Shown piece after piece: positions 1 through 12,684 of a stretch of 64,000 nucleotides of DNA. Each line of letters opens with the position of its first letter. The first letter of the stretch is position 1. Position numbers and translations under genes: made by a program. This DNA is from the human T2T-CHM13v2.0 reference genome, Homo sapiens, in assembly GCF_009914755.1 (NCBI RefSeq), contig NC_060932.1. One strand, given 5' to 3'. The notes beneath the pieces are model-generated. The model had not been told where the DNA came from, did not search any database, and saw nothing but the letters and a program-made list of their open reading frames with translations.

Positions 1-299
1 ACAGCACTCAGACAATGGCCTTGCTCTCTCACCAAAGGGGAAAATATACAACCCCAAAACCCCACTCCCTATCTTCTCCCTGCCCACTCAACAAGGAAAA
101 GTGGAGGTGGGGCGCACATTAGATGCTGTGTCACAGTTATGCCATGTCTTCTGGCACAGGCAGCGTTTTACTGAAGGGGGAGGCATGCACAGTGCAAACC
201 TTTTTTAGCCCCCAAAGAAGAACTATGTCACAGTTAAGCAAGGAGGCCGGATTTATTCTGTGGGCACTGCAGAGGGGCTGCAGGTTTTTAAAAGGGCTA

Positions 300-690
300 G
301 GATCAGACCCACGCTTCGCAAGAGAAAGACTATTGGCGAAGGGTCTCAGGATACATAGAGAAAACTGAACAAGAAGGCAAAGTATCTGGAAACAGTGAAA
401 AATGAGGAATAGCCAAAAGGACTGGGGAAGAAAAGAAAACTTAGGGGACACAAAATAATCCTTTTCACGTATTTCAAGGGCTCATCTTTGGAAGACGGTT
501 TTACATTTCTCTACAAGGAAAGAATTCAAATAGAAGCTCAAGGGGGCAGGGATAGATTTCACCTGAAGACTAAACAAAAGTACTTTCTGATGACTAATGC
601 TGTGCAAAAATAGAGCAGGTTACCCATGAAAGCAGTGAGTCACTGGCGGTATTCATGTACCATCCAGATTGCATAGCCATGAAGATCCCA
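300..690 (+). mobile_element. L3/CR1 LINE 3' fragment (highly diverged)
   Basis: Segments 'gaggaatagccaaaaggactgggg...agaaaacttaggggacac...tatttcaagggc' and 'gtgagtcactggcggtattca' follow the order of the CR1/L3 ORF2 3' end; boundaries approximate. Confidence 0.55.
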
Positions 691-1700
691 GGCCATTTTA
701 AGCCCTATTATTTATTGCTTTTCTTCTGTCATCCCTAAGGCCCTTCTAAGTCTATCCAAGTCCTACTCCTCCTTAAAAACCCAATTCAAGTTCCATCTCC
801 AACTTGCTGCATGCTTTTCCACAACCATCTCTCTCTTTTCCAAATAAAGCACTTATTACCAGTACCAATTATCTGGAAGATAAGTACAGTTTTGTGGCAT
901 TATTTCAATTAAACAGTCATTTAATTCTTGTATATCAATCACTTTTCATGGGTTTTATCTCTGCAATCAGATTAGCTCCTTGAAGGCAATAACCTCCTCT
1001 TATATTTCTCAAACTAGCTTTGCACATAGCAAATGGCCAACCCGTTGGTTTATTACCAGGTTTCCTTAGTGCCTATTCTGAAAAACTACAGGTCTCAGTA
1101 TAAATTTCTTGTATGCATACCTACAAGAAACCTTGTGGGTTCCTTCAGATGTCCTATCTTGATTATTTCATTTCCTGATTATAGCCAGTTATATTTTAGT
1201 TTTATTGAGTTAAATATTTCTTCCAATTAAAATAGTATTCTTCCACAATGTATTTTTAGAGAAGGGGAAAAAAGATTAAAACTTTTAATTAAAAACATTT
1301 TATAACCTTTCTTTCCATCACAAAATAAAAGGAATGGTTCAGCAGCAGAATGTCATCCAGAAAACCAGCTGCTTATGAAAGGATTAATTTTTCTCATGGC
1401 TGAATTAAACAAGTGCAATTAACAGTACTGATTTATTCTCCTGCCCAAAGGTTACTTTTGTGAATATTTGAATTCAAGACCAATGACAAATTAAAGTGAC
1501 CTTCAAATTAAATGGCCATAAGGAACTTCTCAGCTCCTGTGAATCTTTTTATGGCTACATCTGCTGAACCTGGCTTTTTAAGGAACTATAACCTATTTAT
1601 GTGAACATTTCTTTTTCTAAACAGTCTTCAGTGTATATGAATTCCAAGTCTCAAAGGGTAGTTCACGTCCTTATTTTGGGAGAAGGAGCCAGATTCATTC

Positions 1701-2110
1701 TGATATGAACGTTTTGTCCCCTACCAATCTCATGCTGAAATGTCAATGTTGGAAGTGGGGTCTTCTGGGTGGTGTTTGGGTCATGGGGATGGATCCCTAT
1801 GAATGGCTTGGTTCCCTCCTTGTGATAATGAGTGAGTTCTCCCGCTGAGTTCACGTGAGATCTGATTGTTGGAAAAAGTGTGGCACCTCCTCTGTCTCTT
1901 TCTTGCTCCCACTCTCATCATATGATGTGCTTGCTCCCCCTGTACCGTCCACCATCATTGTAAGCTTCCTGAGGCCTCATCAGAAGCCAAGCAGATGCTG
2001 GTGCCATGCTTGTACACCCTTCAGAAATGTGAGTCAAATAAACCTCTTTTCTTTATAAATTACCCAGTCTCAGGTATTCCCTTATAGCAACACAAAAACA
2101 GACTAACACA
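1701..2110 (+). mobile_element. MST-family (MSTB-like) MaLR solo LTR
   Basis: Starts TGATATG, ends GACTAACACA, internal AATAAA; perfect 5-bp TSD CATTC (1696-1700 and 2111-2115). Confidence 0.92.
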
Positions 2111-2229
2111 CATTCTAAGCCAAAGAAATTGAAACTAGCTTAAGACACTGCTTTTAAGCAGGTGCCATGAGCTTGTCATATACCAACTCCTTTTGGATAT
2201 TAGGAATTAAGGCAGACTGAATGGGAAGT

Positions 2230-2308
2230 AACTATAAACTATAAGTTTTACAGTTTACAAAGCACTTTATAACTATAAACTAACTATAAACTATAAAATA
2301 CTATGAAC
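2230..2308. repeat. Short degenerate AACTATA tandem array
   Basis: Multiple aactata/aactataaact units visible directly. Confidence 0.7.
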
Positions 2309-2412
2309 CTACCTTGTATGTTGAAAGCCACTGTGCAAGAAGTTAGGCTTCTCATAAAAAAAGGGTATAGCCTTGAAAATTCCTATGATTTCTCATACAT
2401 AAAAAATTCCAT

Positions 2413-2883
<471 letters not shown>

Positions 2884-3461
2884 TTAAAGAAGAAATAAGC
2901 CACAGTGTGACTAGACCCCCAAGCGGCTACATTCTACCAGATACATATGCTTCTGAGATACAGGCTGAATGAGTCTCAGAACTGTCCTCCCTTTTGAGCA
3001 CATTTATCACAGAAGTTCATCTACCTTTGGGGTTCTGTCCCTCTGCTACCAGGTAGTGAGGGCTGCTGTCACCTAATTGATGGGCATGTTTTCTCTTCTT
3101 CCCCACCCCTGGCTCATCTCAGGGGCTCTGCCGAGGGCTTATTTTCTGTTACAGAACTAAGATTTCCTTTTCTTTAGGAAAGGTTATTTCTAAATACCTT
3201 AGCCCTCCCCTGTTCCCTAACCCCAGGACTCCGTCCCTATGCCATGGCCTGAAGCAAGCCAGAAATATGAAGTTTCAAATTCTCTTTGTCCCAGAGCTAA
3301 TGATATTTTGGGATGAATTTTATGCAATCTGAATTTTCACCCTTTTCTTAGTAGAGAGAAACTTATGTTAAATTCACCCATGCAACTTAGGCCTCCATGA
3401 TGAGCTTGTCTTTGTGAAACAAACATTAACTAACCGAAACTGTAGGGTTGTGTGTATGTGT

Positions 3462-3902
3462 TGTGATGGATACTTTCCGCTGGCTCCTTCAAATCCACTC
3501 CCTACCCTTCTCCACACTGCTCTGTACCCCAGAAGGCTGAATTTTATGGAACGTAGCAATGGGCCTTCTGGCCTTTCTGGGCTTTGGTTGAGGTTTGCCA
3601 ATGGAACTCCTTGGCAGGTGATCAGAAAGAAGAGGAACTGATGGGTTTACTCTTCCCACCATCTTCCTGGTGGGTGGATGTGCTCCTCTGTGAAAGGCAC
3701 AGCCCCATGTCCAGTGGCACCTCCCACATCTGAGTTTGGTGCCCTACCCAGTCCCCTCCAGGCTTAGGGATTACAGTGGCTTCCCAGGGTGCTTTCGTCA
3801 TCCTTTGTTAGTTTCTTTTAACCATGCTGACACTTTTGTAAATAGGTCTCTCCTGAATCACCTGCTCGAATATGCTATGTTTCCTGCCTGGACCCTGTGA
3901 CA
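3462..3902 (+). mobile_element. LTR33-like ERVL solo LTR
   Basis: 'ccttcaaatccactccctacccttctccacactgctctgtacccc...aggtttgccaatgg' core and end 'ttcctgcctggaccctgtgaca'. Confidence 0.7.
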
Positions 3903-4959
3903 TTATTTTCAGTCTAGCAATCTTCAGAAATGTCTCCACCTGAGGTTTCCACAAACCATGAGCACCTAAGGAACAGGATGTTTATAAAAATGGCTCACTC
4001 CTTATTACTTGGACAGTTCTCTGTTTCTAACTCTTTAACCTTCCTAAAGATTTTAATGCCAAAAACATCCTGTATTCAATTAAAATATTATATACCACAA
4101 TTCCAGGTACTGCATCCAATGGAAAGAGCTCCTGCTTTCAAGACTAATTGTATAGACATAGACTTCTTCCAACATAGGGTTTCATTACATAGTCTTGATA
4201 AATACCAGTATAACAATATATATCATTGTGACATCAGATAGCATCACTTATAGAATAAATGGCCTGAGCTTTGAAGAATAAGGGCAAAAACCTGCTCTAC
4301 AGGACAACTGACTAATAAATGTTGAAGCTCTGAAGCAAAAAGCATTTGCTTAACCCAGTTTAATTATTTCTAAATGACTCAAAAACAACTCTCAGAAACT
4401 TAGGAGGCCAATAAGCACTGAAACACGTTCTTTCCATCAGCAGAGAGGGCTTAGAGGACTCTCCAAACAACATCCTCTCTCACCCTACATTTGAAACTGA
4501 AGACAAGCCAAGAGCTACCAAATGTAACCTTAGCCACGCAGAACCCATTTGAAGCAAGCGGAGTACAGCAACATTCTCTTGATTAAGTTTCCTTTTGAGC
4601 AAGATCAAGGGAGTGGTGAAAACCCAGCACTTGACTTTTAAGTCACAGAGAATGGTATTTAATGATTGATTCTGTGCTTCTCCAAGACAACTCTACCCAG
4701 GGGGTACCCACCATCACCTCAGTTCACATCACTGTGACTCAACTTCCCATCTCTGCTGAGAACTTAGGCACCCCACACACTTTGGGAGCTGGAATACCTC
4801 CCATGGACACCAGCCCTTTAAGTAGCCTGTGACAGAGGACACCAGAGTCAGGGACATGGATTTTAAAGAACTATGTAGCTTAAGGGCCTACCCTTATCCC
4901 TTAATCAAAGGGTGAAAATTTTCAAAGCACAACCCAAGTTACTCACATAAAGCATATTA

Positions 4960-5300
4960 CAACCCCTGATGTTCACCTTTGGAACTCCGCCGCCATGCTG
5001 CGTGGAAGCCAACAAGCCATGGAGGGGTGCACGTGGACAGAAGACAGGGCTCCCCTCACCCCGGGTCTTCTGATGACCCACCCCCAGCCCAAGCTCCCAG
5101 CTGCCAGTCATGTGAGTGAGCCGTCTTGAAGGTGGACCCCCCAGCCTCCACTCGACCCACCCCAGCTGATGGTATGCAGAACAGACCTGAGCCCTCCCAC
5201 CTGGACCAGCTCAGATTAGAGATTTGTGAGGTATGGAAGTGATTGTTGTGTTAAGCCCCTAGACTCAAGGGTGATTTGTAATGCAGCCATAGACAGCCCA
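4960..5300 (+). mobile_element. MLT1 (MLT1G/H-like) MaLR LTR, 3' part
   Basis: 'gccagtcatgtgagtgagccgtcttgaaggtgga' and end 'gttgtgttaagcc...gtgatttgtaatgcagccataga'. Confidence 0.75.
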
Positions 5301-5863
5301 AACTTTCCTGGTAATTCCAATATGAAACCTGTTAAATATGTCCTCAGCCAGTGAGAGGATGGAGAAATGAGAGATGAGGCAGATTCTATAGCTTTTATAT
5401 TTTTAAAAACTGTGAAAGGCTAAATATAACAAAGAAAAGCAGTTGTGGTCTTTCACAGTTTGACATTTTACTCTGTTTTAAGGGCTAGAAAAATTAAAGG
5501 AAGAAAGAGGATGAACATTAATGTTGCTGGGACCAGAAAACCAGCGGGCATTCCAAGCCCTGTCCCTTCACGTTAGGATCCCTCAAACATTTCGTTTTTC
5601 TTCCCAAGCTGCTTATATTGGCTGGAAAGACTATTTATACTCAACATTTCTTCCCAAAAGGATCTTCAGATCAAATTTTTAAAATACGCATTTAATAACA
5701 TTCAAGGAGTAAGGGTTGGAACTTGGAAGCCTTAGGGACTCTTTCCTCTCAAAACTATCTTGCACACTCCCGCCACACAAAATTCCTCAAATTGCCATTG
5801 GTATATCACTCGCTTGTTCAAAAATAAATGATCATTCCTTTTTGTTTACTGAACTCAATCCAG

Positions 5864-6184
5864 TTTTCTTTCTTTCTTTTTTCCTTTCCTTTTCTTTTTT
5901 CTATTTTTTTGAGACAGAGTATCACTCTGTCGCCCAGGCAGTGGCGCGATCTTGGCTCACTGCAACCTCCGCCTCCCGGGTTCAAGCGATTCTCCTGCCT
6001 CAGCCTCCTGAGTAGCTGGGATTACAGGCAGGTGCCACCATGCCTGGCTAATTTTTGTATTTTTAGTAGAGATGGGGTTTCACCATGTTGGCCAGGCTGG
6101 TCTCGAATTCCTGAGCTCAGGTAATCTGCCTGCCTCAGCCTCCCAAAGTGCTGGGATTACAGGCGTGAGCCACCGCGCCCAGCC
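5864..6184 (-). mobile_element. AluS SINE with small right-arm deletion
   Basis: Reverse-complement Alu ending 'gagccaccgcgcccagcc'; T-rich tail 5864-5910; about 8 nt missing after 'gcccaggc'. Confidence 0.95.
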
Positions 6185-7727
6185 CACAACATTCTGATAT
6201 TCTTTATCCATCTTTTATGGTACTATGGCTTCGCCTTGAACTGGTTCTGAACATGCCTTGGCTATTCCCACCTATAAGCTCTGATTCACGTCAAGCCATA
6301 GACTCTTACCTGTGTCTTTTGTTCAGTCAGCCATCTTGCAAAGTCATGTTCAAACCTGATCTCAATTTTAAAAAAGAGAAAATCCCTGCCCACCGCAGCT
6401 GCCAGCAATCCCGCTCTCCATTTAAACTCGTACAGCACTCAACACTTGCAGCTGTCATCTGACTCTATGCAGCTTTGCCCATTCTCCAGCATCAAGGGCA
6501 GGGCCATCTCTCTTGCATCTTTGCACTCCTCCTCACCCAACTCCACACACACCCAGAGCCCAACTCAGTATCTTTAATAGCTTATATACTGAATTAATGC
6601 TTATTAGATTAGTTAATAGAACTAAATAATTATAGCAAATGGCTAACAAGGATTCTTCCAGGAATATTTTTGTCTCACCCAGTGCTTAATCTTAAGGAAA
6701 GAATTGCTAATTCGGTAATTTTGAGCTTGAGCCAGCCAGCTGGGGTTGATAAGAAATGTGAGGGGAGCGAAGACTCTCCAGCAGGGAGGTGCTGCTGATG
6801 CCCTGCTAGATATGCTGGGGGTCCCCGGAATCACACCTGCATAGGACAGATGGGATCTTAAAGGCCACCTACACAGAGGGTTTATCTTAAATTTATTATG
6901 TATGAAGAAAGGTATAGACAGTATTTAGTGCAAACCTTCATGTCACAGATGAAGACAGTAAAACTCAGAGGATAAGTGATAAGCCCCCCAAATCAGCAGA
7001 AATGGCCTCAACCTCAGATCTCCTCACTCCTATTCCAACATTCTTTCCACTACAGAAAACGGGGCGACTATTGCCTTTTCTCAACATGCACTCCTCTTTG
7101 AAGGGCAGACTAGCAGCAGTGTTTCAAAGTGCACGTTTGATTAATGTTTTTAAAGCCAATTTTTCCTGTGAAGAGTGACCTAAATTGCCAGACATTTTCT
7201 TCTTGAACAAAATCAAAAACTTCCTACTTTTGTCCTCTGACTGAGAAAGGTGTGTCCATGTATGTAATATCCAACCATTTTTTCCGAAGGAGAAGGGATA
7301 TCTGATTTGAGCACTGCATCGTGCACGTCTCTGGGCGGAAAACAATGAACTGGGCCACCTAATTGGCATATCCAAAAGAAAAATATAAGTGATAAAAGCC
7401 AATGCATGAAAAACAAATCCAAGACAGAGGCAGGATGTGTACATTTACTTGAGAAATTGTTAAAAGCAACTTAAATTACAAACTCCTTTCCTTCAGAGCC
7501 TCAGCACCACCCCTGTCAGTATACTGCACATCCATTTTACTAGATGGATATTCCAGAGTCCAAGATGTATTACATCTTTCCACCGACCTTGTCAAAACAC
7601 GCCTTTTCCATCACGAGAAGTAATAAAGTAACAGCATAACCTAGATCAACAAGATCTGACACACAGACTGACACAGTAGCACAAACTCACCTGGAAAAGG
7701 AATTTTTAATTAAAAGAAGCAACTCAT

Positions 7728-8015
7728 GGCCGGGCGCGGTGGCTCATGCCTGTAATCCCAGCACTTTCGGAGGCCGAGGCGGGCGGATCACGAGGTCAGG
7801 AGATCGAGACCATCTTGGCTAACACGGTGAAACCCCGTCTCTACTAAAAACACAAAAAAATTAGCCGGGCGTAGTGGCGGGCGCCTGTAGTCCCAGCTAC
7901 TCGGGAGGCTGAGGCAGGAGAATGGCGGGAATCCGGGAGGCGGAGCTTGCGGTGAGCCGAGATCGCGCCACTGCGGTCCGGCCTGGGCGAAACAGCGAGA
8001 CTCCGTCTCAAAAAA

Positions 8016-8047
<32 letters not shown>

Positions 8048-8053
8048 AAAAAA
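7728..8053 (+). mobile_element. AluY-family SINE (possibly AluYh3-like), full length
   Basis: AluY diagnostics 'gagatcgagacc', 'gagaatggcg', 'ggagcttgc'; about 28 CpGs; long A tail; degenerate TSD 7712-7727 / 8047-8062. Confidence 0.95.
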
Positions 8054-8214
8054 GTAACTCCTAAGAAATGGGTACTCCATAGTGTTTTCAAGTTCTTGCT
8101 CTACATTTTGACAACATATGGAAAATCTGAAAAGTGTTATATACGTAATATACAACAGATTAACATATGCATGTATGCGTGCATGTATGTGTGTGTATGT
8201 ATTTACACAGGCTG

Positions 8215-8470
8215 AAGCAGTAGAGTAGGGCAGTTAAGAACCCAGACTTTAGAGCCAGATCACCTAGTGAATATCCCAGCTCTGTCACTTACTGTATGAC
8301 ATCGAGAAACTTACTTGAAACATTATCTAGTTCAGTTTCTTCAACTAAAACATGGAGTTGATCATATTAGTTAATTCAAAAGGTTGTTATGAAGACTCAG
8401 TGACAATACACGTCAAGTGCTTAGAACAGTGCCTGGCCTGACTAAACATATAAGTGCTGTTGTTATTATT
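8215..8470 (+). mobile_element. MIR SINE
   Basis: 'cccagctctgtcacttact', core 'cagtttcttcaactaaaacatgg', 'gtgcttagaacagtgcctggc'. Confidence 0.85.
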
Positions 8471-9139
8471 GCTGTTGTCGTTATCTGTGGTAGGGACAAA
8501 ATTATTAATATGTGACTATCCATGGTCTTCCCCTATCCTTGTCTGCTTCTAATGAAGGTATATTCTTGCTTACCAAGTCAGCTTCAGGGTTTTTCCCTTG
8601 TTATATGAAGTCTGAGTCTGAGAGAGAAAATCCCCTAGAGGACATTTAGACTCTATTTCCCCAGAGAGGTTCTGTACAGCAAGAAGAGCCCTGTGGGTTG
8701 CATGGGCCTTGGGGAAGATGGCTGGATAAATGAGCTAGACAGCAGGTGCCAGCAGAAAAAAAAAAAAAAAAAAAAACAGAGAAGCCAATGAGAGGTGAGA
8801 TAGCAATGGGAAGAGAGATGGAGAGGCGTCTAGCAAGTGCAGCCTGAGTCAGGATTGAAAAGGAGAGGACTGGAGTTTTAAGAATGTCCATTAGATTTCT
8901 TTGAGAGAAACAATAAAGATCAAAATTAAATATTTCTAATTAATTTTGAATTTGGTGCTCTACTGGGACTGAACCTCGTGGGAACCTGGCTTTTGTGTGG
9001 GCTGTGTGGCAAGTGATAAAGAGGGAGCAATGTGAAGTATACAGTTTCAGATTTATAACAAGTACAGGTGATCACAAAGCAGTGAATGTCAGTGAGCAGA
9101 GCACACAGTTTTCAAAAGGAGCTAAAATAGGCCCTGGAT

Positions 9140-9420
9140 GTATTCACTACAGCCCTTTGAAAAATATTCTGGCAATGTGTATCCAGAGCCACAAAAATGT
9201 TTCTCACCCTTAATGCACTACTAATTCATCCTAAAGGAATAAAGAAACTTTATACATAAAAAGATGCTCATGGCAACATTACTTATTATAGTTTAAAAAA
9301 ATTGGAAATAACCAACCAACCAAATTAGAGAAGATTGATTTAATAGGATGCTATGACTTTGTTTAAAATTATAATGTGGCAACTTGGAAAACAATTTTGT
9401 GATATAACATTCAATTATAA
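9140..9420 (+). mobile_element. Old L1ME-type LINE 3' fragment
   Basis: 'tctggcaatgtgtatc...catcctaaaggaata...aagatgctcatggcaacattacttattatag...ttggaaataacc'. Confidence 0.65.
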
Positions 9421-9972
9421 AAACCCAGAACACTGACTCTAATCCTGGAGCTGTCCATATGCAGTTTAAAGGAGACAGGAAATATCATGTTCTTAGATTG
9501 ACGGACTATAGCCCTGTTTGCTGATGTTGTTCTGCTGACTCACTTGCTTCTCCTGGCTTTCAAAACTCCTTTAGTTTCCTTGGAATAAGTGACTTATGGA
9601 CTAACCCTCATCTGATTAGAGCTGTGGTATCTGTAAGTGCCCACCTCACTTTAAAGAGATCTGGTCCTAGGCCCTCTCGTTCTCCTGGTTATAGTACAGA
9701 AATGATAAGAAAAAGAATTTGCATTCATTTTCAGGTTTTGAAGCTTTTACAATTTCAGATTCTCTGACAATTGGGTTTAGGGGGTTAACACAGCCTTTCA
9801 CATCACATTTCTTTAAATAAAAGTCCCAGCATGCCTGGGTCAGTAAGTAGGATGCTTAGATAGTGCTTTTATTGAGAGCCTGCATGATCTTGCCACATCC
9901 CCTGGTAGAATTCGTCCTGGTTTTTTATTTAAGAAACTTGCTGAAAAAAGGAGAAACATAACATCTTAACAC

Positions 9973-10200
9973 CATTCATTCATTCACTCATTCATTCCAC
10001 AAGGAATCACCAATTATATGCCAGACACTGTTTTTGCTACTAATTATGTCACAGTCTCAACCTGTAAAAAGTGCACAGAACAGGTAATTCTTACAAAACG
10101 TGATGATAGCCTTGAGAGAGAAATTATGGGCAAGACCTAGGAGGTACAATGAACCCAGCTTTGAGGAAGCCAGGGAGGGAGATAGCATTCCACTGAAGTC
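9973..10200 (-). mobile_element. L2 LINE 3' end
   Basis: (CATT)n terminus followed by 'tatatgccagacactg', typical of a reversed L2 tail. Confidence 0.65.
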
Positions 10201-10279
10201 CTGATTAATTCAAAGCAATCAGGTGGGAAAATGAAGAAATAGGCTCAATTCAGGTTCTGTATTCATGTTTCTAAGCCAC

Positions 10280-10637
10280 TGATATGGTTTGGCCAGTGTC
10301 CCCACCCAAATCTCATCTTGAATTGTAGCTCCCACAATTCTCATGTGTTGTCGGGGGGACCCGGTAGGAGGTAATTGAATCATGGGGGTGTGTCTTTCCC
10401 TTGCTGTTCTCTGGATAGTGAATAAGTTTCATGACATCTGATGGTTTTATAAAGGGGAGTTTCCTGCACAAGTTTTCTTCTCTTGTCTGCCTCCAGGTGA
10501 GAGGTGTCTTTCACCTTCTGCCACGATTGTGAGGCCTCCATGCCACATGGAACTGTGAGTCCATTAAAGCTACTTCTTTTGTAAATTGCCCAGTCTAAGG
10601 TATATCTTTATCAGCAGCATAAAAATGGACTAATACA
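10280..10637 (+). mobile_element. THE1B-like MaLR solo LTR
   Basis: Starts 'tgatatggtttggc', ends 'ggactaataca'; 5-bp TSD gccac/accac with 1 mismatch. Confidence 0.92.
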
Positions 10638-11376
10638 ACCACATTCTCTCAGGCTCCCACAGCATTAGGGCAAGCAATATTCTCCTAAATATAGCCCCCT
10701 GCCAACCACCTATCTATTAGTAGATATCATAAAAGTAACTTGCAGAACAAAAATCCCCTGAGCACACAGCAGACGAACTAAAACCTGAATGCCCACTGTG
10801 GCTAGGCCCTTGTACTAACTGGTAATCTTGCCATTTTGATTTGCTTTGTCCCAGACAAAAATATTCTGCTCCATCTTAGCTAGGCTCTAATTTGGTTCTG
10901 TGAATGGCAGTTGCAGAAAGTAATTTATTTGGGTCTTAAGCAGAAACGAAGGCATACTTTGTTAGGGTGTAGAGGGCATGGTGACTCATTTTTTGACTGC
11001 ATTGTATCGACAACATCCTATTTTTATATAAAAAATTCATCTCCTCCAATTCTGATGGTGCCCTGAGTCACCTCAGTGTGGCAATCAGAGAAACTATACA
11101 GCCTTGTCATAATTGCTATCAATCATCAGGTGCCCCTAACCTGTCATGGAAACGCCACCAATGCTACCTGTTCCTATGAGGCTGCTACCCTTAGAGCAGC
11201 AAGCAGGATGAGAATTTGAGGGAAAAGGAGTCATTATTGATCTGTCTCTATTGTAATCTCACTATCACAGAGACTTTAACCTTAAAATGAAAAACTTTCT
11301 TATTTTGGCCTCCTGAATGAAATTCGGGGAGGAAGAAAACTAATTTTGAAGGATTCAGAAGGTTACAAAAAGTTAC

Positions 11377-11503
11377 CTGAGACATAAATAGTACCAATTC
11401 ATGTGTCTGAGTTCTCCTCCCAGGCAAGTAAAAGGCAAGAAAGTTCGGGAAGGGCTGGGGGTCAGAGGTTTCTGGTGCCAATAGAGGAAGGCAATACAAG
11501 ACC
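11377..11503 (-). other. Candidate cassette exon (127 nt), probably non-coding
   Basis: Minus strand: ctgag branch-like site + 'ttgctctctcttttcag|' acceptor and 'tcag|gtaact' donor; prediction only. Confidence 0.3.
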
Positions 11504-12394
11504 CTGAAAAGAGAGAGCAATACAGCTCAGCGAACCATCCTGTGCAAAAGGGGCTGGCTAGGTCAAGGAAGGACTCAGGTTGACAGTAGTAGAAAATAGA
11601 AGAATGGAACAAATCTGTTGGTGCTTTTCCTAGATCGTCTGTGGCCAAGGCAGGTGCCATGGAGGACCCAGAACCATTTCAGAAAACCACTGACCACCAC
11701 GCAGAGCAAAAAATGGTCTTTTGAAGAGGATGGTCCTCTTGAAAATCCCTCAGAAAGGTGTCTCACTGGGGACTTGCCATGTCACTTGTCAACAATTCCA
11801 GCACAGCTAGTTTTTTCTTCTGATATTGGAGCAAACCCCTGCTTCTCTGGTTGAGCAGCAGCTAAAGTATCTGGCTTCATTTATAGGCTATGTTGTATGA
11901 AAAGTGCATTACTACACTCCATGTGGCAAGATGCCTGCATTATGAAAGTCGCATGGGAACTGACGCCATCTGAGCAAAGAACATGGGCTGCTGACATATC
12001 CTTCCCTGAAGCCAGATGGATGGGTGGATAGATGTGCTGGTACTACTCAAATGTCCGGTGGGCTTGTTTTCATTCTCTCTCTCCCCAGCCCCCATTTCCT
12101 CTTTCCTTTCTTCTGCCCTAATCACATATAGTTGAACTTGATAAGTAACAGTATATAACCTTTTCCCAAGGTCAAGTGAATTTATGAATTTCTATTATTA
12201 AACTGTAATTATATGTATTATTTAAGGCTAAAAATATAAATGCTTCTAAGAAATATTAAAATACACAAAGACAAGCCATGCATTATGGGTTAATAAAGAA
12301 AATCAAACTATTGAGGAGATCTTTCCTCCATTTTGTGTCTGACAGGAAAGAGGTCAACTGTGCTGGTCCACACCACAATAATATGAATGGCTCA

Positions 12395-12540
12395 CACCCC
12401 AGCTTTGCCACTTACCAGCTGGCTAAACTTGAGCAAAGCCATTAACATCTCTCTGTCCCAATTATAAACGGGAATAATAATAGGTTGTTGTAAGGCTGAA
12501 AGAGCGAACACATGTGAAGCACTCACAGCAGTTTCTGGAA
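12395..12540 (+). mobile_element. MIR fragment
   Basis: 'cccagctttgccacttaccagct...taggttgttgtaagg...catgtgaagcact'. Confidence 0.75.
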
Positions 12541-12684
12541 TGGGGTCATTGCATTGCACAACTCCAGAGTCACATTCACATCGTTGTCCATGTGAAAGGC
12601 ACCCCTGGGAGCTGTGCAGTGTTCAGCCCATGCCCAGGCCTGGCACACAACAGGTGCTCACTCAACATTTACTATTCTTATCCT

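Noticed and set aside
8485-9000. Possible old LTR with AATAAA near 8913
   Set aside because: I could not assign a family or find termini or a TSD
11500-12060. Unique, fairly balanced sequence with overlapping short ORFs, considered as a processed pseudogene
   Set aside because: No recognisable protein, poly(A) tail or TSD; BLASTX would be needed
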